Shown: positions 24,615 to 35,411 of the stretch, piece after piece
How the letters are laid out: each line of letters starts with the position of its first letter
How positions within the stretch are numbered: position 1 is the stretch's first letter
DNA from: Archangium sp.
GTDB lineage: Bacteria > Myxococcota > Myxococcia > Myxococcales > Myxococcaceae
Assembly: GCA_031367385.1 (NCBI GenBank)
Contig: JANLPS010000057.1
Coordinates: 1 to 45,100 of the forward strand
DNA: 45,100 nucleotides
Direction: 5' to 3'
Notes under the pieces: generated by a model
The model's database searches: none
Told to the model about the DNA's origin: nothing
The model's input: the letters and a program-made list of their open reading frames with translations, nothing else
Made by a program: the position numbers and the translations under genes

Positions 24615-25450
24615 GCCATTCGCTCTTTGCGCCAGTGCTCGAAGGCGTTGACTCGACTCTCACGCCCCAAATCGAACACATGCGCGCTCGCATCGAGGTG
24701 CTCGTCGAACTCTTCGGGAGTGGGGATCAGCCCGCCGACGAAGAAGTTCCACCCGCCCCACTGATTCGCGGCTTCCCACTCGTCGCGCATCAACGGCGCC
24801 AGCTGCAGAAAGGTGACCTCGGCCGGCTGCAGCAATTTTTCCCGGCTCATCCAATCTTTCGCGGTGAGGCCAACCGGCGTCGGCACACCGGCGACTGCAG
24901 TGAACGGCTGCACTCCCGCGCTGCGCAGCTCATTCATCGGAGGCACCAGCACCGCCGCCGGCAACCGCTTCGACAGCCCGACGTCATCGAAGACCGAGCC
25001 CAAGCCGTAGGGTTCTCCGCCCTGCCGCTGCCAGTCGAGCAGGTCGTGCGCGACGAACGAGAAGTTCTCGACGAAGGCGCTCAGCAGCTCGTCTTCGCTC
25101 CAGCTCTGGCCATCAACGACGGCCCGGTCGCTCGGCGCCGAGGGCCGAAACTCGAACCCCGCGCAGACCTCGTAGCGCTTGGGCACTCGGCGCGACGTGT
25201 CGGTGGGCGCTCGCTGCGCTCTGGCTGACAGGCCCAGCGTGGTCATCACCCACAGCTTCGGAGCCCCCGCCCCCCACACGAAGGGCGCGAAGCACACCGC
25301 CAGCTCTGGCGTGAAGTCTTCACCCCTCGCGGGCACGTAGCAGTTCTCGGCGAAGACGCCCTTCGAGAGGTAGCTGCGCACATCAGCGGCGCCGCTGGCG
25401 AGCTCGGCCGGCAGCTCTCGCAAGGGGCCGATGAAATCATCTTCGAACAT
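24611..25450 (-). CDS. Suppressor-of-fused (SUFU)-like domain protein, possible immunity-type protein
   Basis: ATG 5 nt downstream of the pyrG stop. LWVMTTLGLS...RYE...VTFLQLAPLMRDE...R.S pattern resembles bacterial SUFU domains. Confidence 0.55.
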   Translation of the reverse strand: MFEDDFIGPLRELPAELASGAADVRSYLSKGVFAENCYVPARGEDFTPELAVCFAPFVWGAGAPKLWVMTTLGLSARAQRAPTDTSRRVPKRYEVCAGFEFRPSAPSDRAVVDGQSWSEDELLSAFVENFSFVAHDLLDWQRQGGEPYGLGSVFDDVGLSKRLPAAVLVPPMNELRSAGVQPFTAVAGVPTPVGLTAKDWMSREKLLQPAEVTFLQLAPLMRDEWEAANQWGGWNFFVGGLIPTPEEFDEHLDASAHVFDLGRESRVNAFEHWRKERMA

Positions 25451-25455
25451 TTTTT

Positions 25456-27129
<1,674 letters not shown>

Positions 27130-27143
27130 TCACCCGCGCCCGC

Positions 27144-27767
27144 TCACGGAAACAGGTAGCGCATCACGATGTCAGTGATTTCGTTGACTGCCGCTTCGGG
27201 CGAGGCGAGCGCCGAGGGGTCTCGCAGCGAGGCCATGCACAGCGCTTCGACCAGGTGCACCGCATAGAAGGCCGCCTGCTTCGGGGTCTCGACCCGCAGG
27301 AGCGGCCGCTGGGTCGTCAGGTAGGCCGCGATGACCTCGGTCATTTGATCGAGCGACGCCTCGAGCCGATTGAGCCGTTTGACCCGAGGCAGCTGCTCTC
27401 GCAGCGCACGAGACAACGCGGGGTTGCGGCACTTCGAGCGGTAGAACGCACTAACCATCGCACGGGCCAGCTGGGGCGCGCTCAAGTGCGATGACGCCAA
27501 GAAGACCTCGGCGAACAATCGGTTCATCTCGTCACAGTGGCGGTCGACCAGCTCGCCGATGATCGCCTCTTTGCTGGGGAAGTATTGGTAGAGCGACCCG
27601 ATGCTGACCCCGGCACGTTCGGCGACGTGATTGGTCGTGAGCGCCTCGTACCCGGCGCTGGCCAAAATGTGAGCAGATGCTTCAAGTAGGGCCTCGACCG
27701 TGGCCTGGGCCCGGGCTTGAAGCGGCTTTTTTCGCGGCGTTTTGGCTGTGGTACCGAGTGAGGCCAT
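27144..27767 (-). CDS. TetR/AcrR family transcriptional regulator
   Basis: PRKKPLQARAQAT...TTNHVAERAGVSIGSLYQYFPSKE helix-turn-helix. Confidence 0.93.
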   Translation of the reverse strand: MASLGTTAKTPRKKPLQARAQATVEALLEASAHILASAGYEALTTNHVAERAGVSIGSLYQYFPSKEAIIGELVDRHCDEMNRLFAEVFLASSHLSAPQLARAMVSAFYRSKCRNPALSRALREQLPRVKRLNRLEASLDQMTEVIAAYLTTQRPLLRVETPKQAAFYAVHLVEALCMASLRDPSALASPEAAVNEITDIVMRYLFP

Positions 27768-27771
27768 ACGC

Positions 27772-27796
27772 GAGTACAAAAACCGAATGTTTACTC
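27772..27796. promoter_or_regulatory. Inverted repeat, candidate TetR operator
   Basis: GAGTA-N15-TACTC in the 42-bp AT-rich gap between the divergent tetR and coq4-like genes. Confidence 0.5.
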
Positions 27797-27809
27797 ATAT
27801 TCAAGAGGC

Positions 27810-28508
27810 ATGAACAAACTCTCGACGATGTGGGCCTCTGGGCGCGCGGTGGTGGGGTTCTTGCGGTTGATCAAAGACCCCTCGCGGCTCGACGACGTGT
27901 TTCGCATTCTCGATTCGCTCGAAGGGAGCGATGGCGCGGCGGAGATCGTGCGAGAGCTGACCGACGACCCGGCGTTGGCCTCGGTCTTCGTCTCACGCCC
28001 GCGGGTGGGCCCGGTCGACCTCGCGGCGCTGGGCCGGTTGCCGCCGGGCAGCCTGGGCCGCACCTTCGCCGATGAAATGAAGGCGCGCGGGCTCGACCCC
28101 GCCGACATTCAACCTCGGCCCGACGACGGCACCAAGGCCGGCTACGTCTTTGCGCACCTGCGGGAGACCCATGACCTGTGGCACACCGTGACCGGCTTCG
28201 ACGTCGACGTTGCCGGCGAGCTCGGGGTGCAAGCCGTCTATCTCACGCAGTTTCGCGCCAAGCTGGCGCTGATCATTCTGGCGATTGGCCTGCTCAACAC
28301 CGCCTTCTTCGAAAGCGACGATCGCCACCCCCGAATGGACGCGATCGTCGCCGGGTTGCGCATCGGCCGCGCAGCGAAGCTCTTCGGGTTCGACTACCGC
28401 GAGCATTGGGCCACGCCGTTGGTCGAGGTGCGCGCCATGCTCGGCGTTCGACCCGAGTTGGGCCTGGTCAGTGACGTGCGCCGGGTCGAGGCACCCGCGC
28501 TGGCCTGA
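27810..28508 (+). CDS. Coq4-family protein
   Basis: LPPGSLG and the HDLWHTVTGF...GE metal-binding motif (HDxxH-x11-E). GAGG SD. Confidence 0.85.
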   Translation: MNKLSTMWASGRAVVGFLRLIKDPSRLDDVFRILDSLEGSDGAAEIVRELTDDPALASVFVSRPRVGPVDLAALGRLPPGSLGRTFADEMKARGLDPADIQPRPDDGTKAGYVFAHLRETHDLWHTVTGFDVDVAGELGVQAVYLTQFRAKLALIILAIGLLNTAFFESDDRHPRMDAIVAGLRIGRAAKLFGFDYREHWATPLVEVRAMLGVRPELGLVSDVRRVEAPALA

Positions 28509-28511
28509 CGG

Positions 28512-30494
28512 TTACTTGCGCTGGCCGACGTGCATCGCCTGCGCGACGTAGCGAAAGACCGTGGTGCCGCCAGAGAAGGTGTCGCTCTGCGCCCACGCGG
28601 TGAAACCCTGCGGAGGCGAATACAGCATCAGCCCCAACACCGGGTCTTTGCGGGGGTTGGCCGCGTCGGCTCCTGCGCGAATCACCTTGAATTGCCGCAT
28701 CTCTGAGTCGAGGGCTTTGAGGTGCGCGTCGAGCTCCGTCTGGCTCTTCGCGGTCGTAAACCCGGTCACGAACCGGTCGAACAACGCATTCACCGCGGCC
28801 TTGCCCACGTACCCCGCGGCCACTTCGGCAGGCGTCGGCTCGAGAATCTCGTTCACCCCGGCTTGCGCGAAGAGCCGGGCACGAAACGCAGGCTGCCCCA
28901 GAATGGTGGCGGTGAACGCAGTGGCGGTCTTGAAGCCCAGCCCATCGAGCGCCTGATGACCCGCTGGAGAGGTCGGGTTCAGGCCTCCCAGCATCTCTTC
29001 GATGGCGGCCCGCTGCGCATCGGTGCCCGTGGCGTACCCGTTCTGCACGGCGTCGCTGAGCGTCTGGCTGACCTCTTCTCGCGGCAGGTACCGGCGCAGC
29101 AGCGACCACGCGAGGCCGGCGACCGTGAGCGGCGTCGCGACCAGGCCGTTCGTTTCGATGGGCTGGTACTTCTGCCAACCAGGCACCGTCTCTGGCACCC
29201 ACTCGAGCGCGACGCCGAGGCGGTCACCCTGCTTGAGCCGGTCGTACATCGCCTGCGAGAGCAGCCCCGTCTTGAGCAAGTGCTGCCAGCCCAGCTCCGG
29301 GTGCGTGCGCCTGAACTCGGCGGTCTGCCCGGCGTACTCGGGTGCCTTCGCGAAGGCCTCGACCCACCCGCCCAACGGCGTGTTGCCGTACGCGCTCTTC
29401 TTGAGCAGCGTCGCGTCTTGGGGCCCCAGGTTGGCGACCGCGTATTGGCCTTCAGCGCAATAGAACGCGCCGTGGCGAAGCTTGAAGGTGCTCCAGTCGA
29501 GCGTGGCGGCGTCGGTGGCGAGCGACTTGAGGCTGGCCTGGTCGTACACGTCGAGCGGGTTGTAATTGCTCTCGGTGAAGCGGGGCATCGGGTCTTCGGT
29601 GCTGAAGGGTACGACCGCTCCGAGCACCGCGTCCCACATGTCGGCGTTGTGCTTGTAGGCGAGCTTCACGTCGGGCGGTATTGGGGTGCGAACGCCGCCC
29701 TGGTAGTCGATGCCGAAGAGGGTGGCGTTGTAGTCGGCGTTGTAATCGGCGAGCCGTGCGTAGTTGGCGGGCCAGTCGGTCTTCACCGAGCTCGCTGTGC
29801 CCGCGATGAACCCCGAGGAGTAGCCGCCGGCATGGGTGCTCCCGCCGACGCCGTCTTTCAAGATGTCTTGGGGCGTGCCCCCCTGCGCCCCGCCGGTGAA
29901 GTGGGTCATCTGCTTGATCAGCCGAATGCCCTGATCACCCAAGGTGATGGCGAGGGTGTCGAGGTCGGTGCTGCCGAGCGTGCCGCCGTAGAAGACGACG
30001 CGGTTGCCCAGAGCGCCGTCGACGTTGAACTGGTGCGCGGGCGTTCGCAACACCGACACCTCGGGCAGCGCTTCGAGCACGTCATTCGAGACGCCGGGCA
30101 TCGACCCGAACAGCTGGCGCGTGGGCAGCAGCGCCTTGCCGCGAAACACGTCGCTGGGGCTCGGGAGGTCACCAATCACCGACGCCAGCGGGTTGTAGAG
30201 GGCGTTGAGCGCGCTGAGCGAGAGGGCCTGATCAGCCGGGCGAACCACCGCGTCGAGCGAGTGCGGCAACACCATCGCCGGCGAGCCCAGGGGCGTGCCC
30301 CAGACGGCTGCGCTCGTCAGGTGCGTGATGCCGGCGACGGCGACTGGCTGCGTGCTCGAGGGAGCCGAGCCTCCGAATGAATCGAGCGAGGGCGAAATCA
30401 CCAGCGCGCCCAGCCCCGAGGGCACGGTCGGCTGGGTGGCCGGTACGACGACGACGGGGGGCTTCGGGCCAGGAGGGCCAATCGGGGGCGGCAA
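28512..30494 (-). CDS. 660-aa protein with Pro-rich N-terminus and a putative permuted papain-like (NlpC/P60) catalytic core
   Basis: STHAGG (His codon 29832-29834) precedes AFYCAE (Cys codon 29457-29459). TTG start 16 nt after the dnaN stop. The ORF is secure; the domain call is tentative. Confidence 0.65.
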   Translation of the reverse strand: MPPPIGPPGPKPPVVVVPATQPTVPSGLGALVISPSLDSFGGSAPSSTQPVAVAGITHLTSAAVWGTPLGSPAMVLPHSLDAVVRPADQALSLSALNALYNPLASVIGDLPSPSDVFRGKALLPTRQLFGSMPGVSNDVLEALPEVSVLRTPAHQFNVDGALGNRVVFYGGTLGSTDLDTLAITLGDQGIRLIKQMTHFTGGAQGGTPQDILKDGVGGSTHAGGYSSGFIAGTASSVKTDWPANYARLADYNADYNATLFGIDYQGGVRTPIPPDVKLAYKHNADMWDAVLGAVVPFSTEDPMPRFTESNYNPLDVYDQASLKSLATDAATLDWSTFKLRHGAFYCAEGQYAVANLGPQDATLLKKSAYGNTPLGGWVEAFAKAPEYAGQTAEFRRTHPELGWQHLLKTGLLSQAMYDRLKQGDRLGVALEWVPETVPGWQKYQPIETNGLVATPLTVAGLAWSLLRRYLPREEVSQTLSDAVQNGYATGTDAQRAAIEEMLGGLNPTSPAGHQALDGLGFKTATAFTATILGQPAFRARLFAQAGVNEILEPTPAEVAAGYVGKAAVNALFDRFVTGFTTAKSQTELDAHLKALDSEMRQFKVIRAGADAANPRKDPVLGLMLYSPPQGFTAWAQSDTFSGGTTVFRYVAQAMHVGQRK

Positions 30495-30510
30495 GCCCTC
30501 GAACCCTACC

Positions 30511-31617
30511 TCAGACGCGCATCGGCATCACGACGGTGGTGTAGGAGCGGTCACCAGGCGCATGCATCACACCCGGGCTGTGCTCGTCACCCAGCTCGAT
30601 CGAGACCTCGTCGCTGTCCATCGCGGTGAGCACGTCGAGAATGTATTTGGCGTTGAACCCGACGGTCAGTGACGCCCCGCGGTACGCGACCTCGAGGTCG
30701 TCTTTGGCCTCGCCCAGGTCGGGGTTGTTGGCGGTGATGCGCAGCAGGTTCTCGCTCAAGGCGACCCGCACCGCGTTCGACTTGTCGGCCGAGAGCAGCG
30801 CGATGCGCTTGAGCGCGTCGAAGAAGCGGCCGCGGTTGACCAGCACCTGCTTCTCGCCCTCTTTCGGTATCACCCGCTGATATTCGGGAAATTGGCCGTC
30901 GATGAGCCGCATCACCATCGAGAGGCCCGGCTTCTTGAACAGCGCTGAATTCTCGGCGAACCCCAGCTGGCATTCAGCCTCGGGCGCCTCTTCGAGCAAC
31001 CGCTTGAGCTCGAACAACCCCTTGCGGGGGATGATCACGCCGGCCTTGAGCTTGAAGTCGCCGACCAGGTCGCGCTCGATGAGCGAGAGGCGGTGACCGT
31101 CGGTGGCGACCATGCGCACCTTGCCGGCCTCGCGGGGCTCGAAGAACACGCCGTTCAAGATGTAGCGCGTCTCGTCGGTCGAGATGGCGTACTGGGTCTT
31201 CTTGATCATCTCGAGCAGCACGCTGCCCGACAGCTTCACCAGCGGCGCGTTCTCTTCTTTGGGCAGCTTGGGAAATTCTTCAGGCGCCATGCCGACGATT
31301 TTGTAGTGCGCCGCGCCGGAGGTGATCTCAGCGTAGTTGTTCGGCAGCTTCTTCAAGTTGAGCGACGCGTCGGGCACCAGGCTGACGATGTCGAGCAGGG
31401 TCTTCGCCGAGACGGTGACCGCTCCGGGCTTGAGCACCTCGGCGGGGTGCTCGCTGACGATGCCGATGTCCAAGTCGAATGCGGTGACGGTGACGCCGGT
31501 CTTCGAGGCGGTGATCAGCACGTTCGAGAGAATTGGCATCGTGGCTTTGCGCTCGACGATGCCGCCCGCGCGGTGCAACGCCTTCTTCAGCTCATCAGCG
31601 GCAATGCGAAATTCCAT
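30511..31617 (-). CDS. dnaN: DNA polymerase III beta sliding clamp
   Basis: 368 aa; PILSNVLI, TRYILNGV, VATDGHRL, RLIDGQFPEYQRVIP, GFNAKY and C-terminal VVMPMRV. Confidence 0.98.
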   Translation of the reverse strand: MEFRIAADELKKALHRAGGIVERKATMPILSNVLITASKTGVTVTAFDLDIGIVSEHPAEVLKPGAVTVSAKTLLDIVSLVPDASLNLKKLPNNYAEITSGAAHYKIVGMAPEEFPKLPKEENAPLVKLSGSVLLEMIKKTQYAISTDETRYILNGVFFEPREAGKVRMVATDGHRLSLIERDLVGDFKLKAGVIIPRKGLFELKRLLEEAPEAECQLGFAENSALFKKPGLSMVMRLIDGQFPEYQRVIPKEGEKQVLVNRGRFFDALKRIALLSADKSNAVRVALSENLLRITANNPDLGEAKDDLEVAYRGASLTVGFNAKYILDVLTAMDSDEVSIELGDEHSPGVMHAPGDRSYTTVVMPMRV

Positions 31618-31710
31618 GCGCGCGGGTGTAGCCCAACGTGTGCCCCGAAGGCCACGGTGTTGTCGCGTTGGGGGTTGATCATTTCACCGCCGTCGGCGAG
31701 TACCACCGGC

Positions 31711-32514
31711 ATGCCCAGGCAGCACGAACCCAAGTGGCTCAAGGCCGCGAAAGCAGGCGCTTTTTCACAGCCCGATTCGCCCAAGGCCGACTTCATCAGC
31801 CGGGCACTCTCTCGCGCGGGCGTGATGCCCTCAGGCCAGGCTGAAGAGGCCGTCAAAGCCGGGCGGGTGAAGGTGAACGGGCGCCTGATGCACGAGCCAT
31901 TCGCGCCGCTGCCGGTCGGAGCCAAAGTGCAGGTCGACGGCACGGTCTACGACGTCACTCCGACGACCAAGGTGCTCGCGTTTCACAAGCCGAAGAACAT
32001 GGTCGTGAACGGCTCTGACAACGAGGGCGGCACCACGGTGTTCAACGCGCTGATCGACCTGTTGCCGTTCGCGCTGCGAGGCTACGGGTGGCTCGCGGTG
32101 GGGCGGCTCGATCGCGACACCACCGGGTTGCTGCTGTTCACCAACGACGAGCAATTCGTCGCCCACGCGACCTCGCCTGAGACCCATTTGCCGAAGGTGT
32201 ATCTGGTGACGGTGGCGGGGCAGGTGACCGAAGAGAAGCTCGCCACCCTGCGTCGCGGAGTCACCTACGGCGACTTCACCGCCAAGCCGGCCAAGGCCAC
32301 GCTCCGCTCACCCGGCGTGCTGGCCTTGACCCTGACCGAGGGCAAGTTTCATCAGGTCAAGCGCATGGTCAACGAGGTGAACCTGGCGACCCTCGAGCTG
32401 CACCGCGAGGCCGTCGGTGAGCATGTGCTCGACATACCGATCGGTACGTTTCGAGAGCTGACCGACGACGAGGTCACGAATGAGCTCGGCTACGTGCCCC
32501 GGCACCGGCGCTGA
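31711..32514 (+). CDS. RsuA/RluB/E/F-family pseudouridine synthase with S4 domain
   Basis: GRVKVNG, FHKPK, VGRLDRDTTGLLLFTND, KVYLV, LTEGKFHQVKRM. Start ATG 31711, since the upstream part of the track ORF is antisense to dnaN. Confidence 0.92.
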   Translation: MPRQHEPKWLKAAKAGAFSQPDSPKADFISRALSRAGVMPSGQAEEAVKAGRVKVNGRLMHEPFAPLPVGAKVQVDGTVYDVTPTTKVLAFHKPKNMVVNGSDNEGGTTVFNALIDLLPFALRGYGWLAVGRLDRDTTGLLLFTNDEQFVAHATSPETHLPKVYLVTVAGQVTEEKLATLRRGVTYGDFTAKPAKATLRSPGVLALTLTEGKFHQVKRMVNEVNLATLELHREAVGEHVLDIPIGTFRELTDDEVTNELGYVPRHRR

Positions 32515-32608
32515 GGCACAGGGGTCGGGCCAAAACCGCCTTGGTTTCGGGGCATAGAATCGCGAGGCGTTTCTGCGGCACGTGCCGGTGTCAAACGTGG
32601 GGGGTTCA

Positions 32609-33979
32609 ATGCGCGTCATCATGGCGAGCTGTCTGGTGTGTTTCTCGGCCTGTAACTGCGACTCAGGCACTTTGGCAGACGGTGGCGGAGTGATCGCCGA
32701 TTCGGGTGTCACCCGGGTTGACGCCGGCTCGGTAAACCCAGGCCCCGACGCAGGCCAAAGCGACGCCGGGAGCAGTGGGACCCTGGACGCAGGCGAGACG
32801 GCTGATGCAGGCGCCCCCGCCGACGCGGGCTTCGGGCCGCCGTCGGTGTGCCCAGCCATCGCCGACGCTGGCGTCTCGAGCTGCGCGGCCGGTACCGCCG
32901 ACTGCGACAACAACCCGCTCGATTGCGAGACGCCGATTGCCTCAGACGCGCTGAACTGCGGCCGCTGCGGTCGCGTGTGTGGCGCCACCGCCACCTGCAG
33001 CGCGGGCCTCTGCCAAGCCACCCTGCTGATGGACCCCGACGTCTCATCGAACTACTGCAGCGCCATCTTCTCGGCTGACCGGCTCTTCTCGATTACCTGT
33101 TGGGGCAACAGCGACCTCTCAGAGCTGCGCACCGCCCCCATCGAGCCTGGCAGCGACGTTCGAGGCAGCTCGCTCATCGCCTACAACAACGTCTCAGTCG
33201 TGGCGATGCGGGGCTTGACGTTCGACGGCCCCGACGTGTTGTTCGGCCTCGAGGGCAACCCCAGCCGCGTCTTTCAAGTCTCGGCCACCGACGGCGGCCC
33301 GATCACCACCCGCTTCACCACCGATGCCGGCACCCGCTTCGACTCGCTGCAGGTCGTCGACGACGCGTACTACTGGGTTCACAACCGGCACACCCAGCCC
33401 GGCACCATCGTTGGTGCGAGCATCAAACGCCGCGGCCGCACCGATTCGAACGACACCGTGCTCGTCGATGGCTTGGGGCTCGCGTACAACGTGGTCGTGA
33501 CGCCGACCCGGTTGCTTTGGGTCGAAGCCAAATCGAGCGGCACGCCGTACGGCATCTACTCGGCGCCACGCGCAGGCTCCAACGGCGACCCTGCCAATGT
33601 GAAGCTGGTCTCGGCAACCGTCTCGGGTGCCTACCTGATTCGTTCCGGCGACTTCGTCTATTGGACTGAGAAGGTGAGCTCACCGAACGGCAAGCTGCGT
33701 CGGTACGAGTTCGCACACCCCACCGCCGTGGCGCAAGACATCGTCACCGGGCTCAACAGCCCGGAGGGCCTCACCACTGACGGTGCGTACCTGTACTTCA
33801 AGCAGGCTGACGCCATGTACCGCGTCGGAATGTGCGGAGGCCGCCCCGAGCAGCTCTCGCCGGTGGTGAGCGCGAACGACTCGCAGGCCACCGAGGTCTA
33901 CGCAGCCGACGGCAAGTACGTGTACTGGGTGGCCGGCTCCGGCTTCGGCGATTCGAAGATCTACCGGGTCGCGAAGTAG
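32609..33979 (+). CDS. Myxobacterial-type lipoprotein: DAG linker, Cys-rich module and beta-propeller-like C-terminus
   Basis: Lipobox FSAC, repeated DAG, DCD...NCGRCGRVC...CSAGLC, and repeated DxxYxYW blades. Confidence 0.8.
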   Translation: MRVIMASCLVCFSACNCDSGTLADGGGVIADSGVTRVDAGSVNPGPDAGQSDAGSSGTLDAGETADAGAPADAGFGPPSVCPAIADAGVSSCAAGTADCDNNPLDCETPIASDALNCGRCGRVCGATATCSAGLCQATLLMDPDVSSNYCSAIFSADRLFSITCWGNSDLSELRTAPIEPGSDVRGSSLIAYNNVSVVAMRGLTFDGPDVLFGLEGNPSRVFQVSATDGGPITTRFTTDAGTRFDSLQVVDDAYYWVHNRHTQPGTIVGASIKRRGRTDSNDTVLVDGLGLAYNVVVTPTRLLWVEAKSSGTPYGIYSAPRAGSNGDPANVKLVSATVSGAYLIRSGDFVYWTEKVSSPNGKLRRYEFAHPTAVAQDIVTGLNSPEGLTTDGAYLYFKQADAMYRVGMCGGRPEQLSPVVSANDSQATEVYAADGKYVYWVAGSGFGDSKIYRVAK

Positions 33980-33991
33980 CGCCCCAACGCC

Positions 33992-34399
33992 CTACCGAAG
34001 CGCGGTGATCAACACGCCCGCGACGCTCGCCAAGAAGTACGGCACCAGCCCCGCCGCGCCTCCATAGTCTTTCGCGATTCGCTGCCCGAAGAAGAGCGAG
34101 ACGATGGTCACTCCCGCGAGGCATGCGCCGAAGAAGGCGGTGGTCGGGTCTTGCAGAATCAGCAGGCCCAGCACGCCGGCCCCCGAGACGGCGCCGGTGA
34201 GCACCTCGAGAATCGTAATCGAGAGCATCATGAACCCGCTGAACCCCCGCAGGGGCGTCTTCTCGAAGACACTGGCGATGTACGCGCGGTTGCCCTTCCA
34301 ATCGAGCACCTTGTCGAGCCCCGACTGCAGAAACAGCACACTCAAGAATGCCGCACACAGCACTTGTGCCACCCACACGCCCTCGCGGTGAAAGCTCAT
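33992..34399 (-). CDS. DoxX family membrane protein
   Basis: LFLQSGLDKVLDWKGN...LEVLTG...LFFGQRIAKDY, four TM segments. Confidence 0.82.
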   Translation of the reverse strand: MSFHREGVWVAQVLCAAFLSVLFLQSGLDKVLDWKGNRAYIASVFEKTPLRGFSGFMMLSITILEVLTGAVSGAGVLGLLILQDPTTAFFGACLAGVTIVSLFFGQRIAKDYGGAAGLVPYFLASVAGVLITALR

Positions 34400-34620
34400 T
34401 CGGCGTCACCGGCGGTCGAGCCACGGGCTGCTTTTTCAACAGCCTCGCGATTTTCTTCGATGAAGGCATCGACCTGCGCCTCGTCGACACCCAGGTCACG
34501 CAGCACTCCGGGGTAGATGCCTTTGAAAGCGGGCGACTCGGCGGCACCGCGCAGCGTGAAGCTCAGCTTCAGCACGGCGGCTCCCCACAACTTGTCTCGG
34601 AGTGTCTTGACCTTGGGCAC
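34396..34620 (-). CDS. Hypothetical protein (74 aa), coupled to the DoxX gene
   Basis: Stop overlaps the DoxX start (ATGA). GTG start. Confidence 0.65.
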   Translation of the reverse strand: MPKVKTLRDKLWGAAVLKLSFTLRGAAESPAFKGIYPGVLRDLGVDEAQVDAFIEENREAVEKAARGSTAGDAE

Positions 34621-34694
34621 AGGCGCTGCAGGCTACGCGTTCAGCTTTCGATTGTCTTTCACTCAAGCGGGGCCGTCGACGCTCCAAGGCCTCC

Positions 34695-35411
34695 ATGAAG
34701 CGCATCGCCCTCATTCTGACATTCGCTCTGATGTGCCCCTCGGCCTTTGCTGATTGCCCTCGCCCGGCCGGCACGCAAGGCCGAGGCATCGCCGGCCAGA
34801 GCGATCAGCAGCGACTCGACTTTCTCAAGGCGCTCGCCACCCGTGAGGTCAGCCACATCAGCACGTGGAAGCTGCTCTCAGGCGGAGCCTTCGCCGCCCT
34901 GGTCGTCGGCCAATTGGCCATCGCGCCCCTGTTCGAGCCGAGCGTGCGCCCTGACTATTACTGGGGGGCGGGGTACTCGGCGCTGGGGCTGGCCAGCACG
35001 CTGGTTGGGGCGCCAGCGGTCTTCGAGCACGGCGCTGATTTCGCTGCCCACGCGGCAGCGGCCACGCCCGAGACGGTGTGCGCGACCATCGCAGAGGGTG
35101 AAGCGCTCATCGCCAAGAGTGCGACTGACGAAGTCTTGCCGACCCGGTGGTTCATTCACGCGCTCAACGTGGCGGTGAACCTGAGCTTGGGTGCCATCTT
35201 GGGCTTCGGCTACGGGCACTGGACGAACGCGACCATCAACACCTTGGCCGGCATCGCCATCAGCGAGACGGTGCTCTTCACCAAGCCGCACGCGTCGGTC
35301 GCTGGGTGGCGCGAGTACACCTCGGGTGGCGACGAGCCGGTGTCGCTCCAGCTGCGGGTGAGCCCTACCGTCAACGGCGGCCTCACCGTCGGCCTGGGCG
35401 GTACATTCTAG
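34695..35411 (+). CDS. Exported/membrane hypothetical protein
   Basis: Signal peptide ending AFA, several hydrophobic segments, and a C-terminal aromatic residue (GLGGTF). Confidence 0.75.
   Translation: MKRIALILTFALMCPSAFADCPRPAGTQGRGIAGQSDQQRLDFLKALATREVSHISTWKLLSGGAFAALVVGQLAIAPLFEPSVRPDYYWGAGYSALGLASTLVGAPAVFEHGADFAAHAAAATPETVCATIAEGEALIAKSATDEVLPTRWFIHALNVAVNLSLGAILGFGYGHWTNATINTLAGIAISETVLFTKPHASVAGWREYTSGGDEPVSLQLRVSPTVNGGLTVGLGGTF

Noticed and set aside
31093..31710. N-terminal extension of the pseudouridine synthase in the ORF track
   Set aside because: It lies antisense to dnaN. The family-like sequence begins after ATG 31711.
31618..31710. oriC next to dnaN
   Set aside because: The gap is short and GC-rich, and I saw no TTATCCACA-like boxes.
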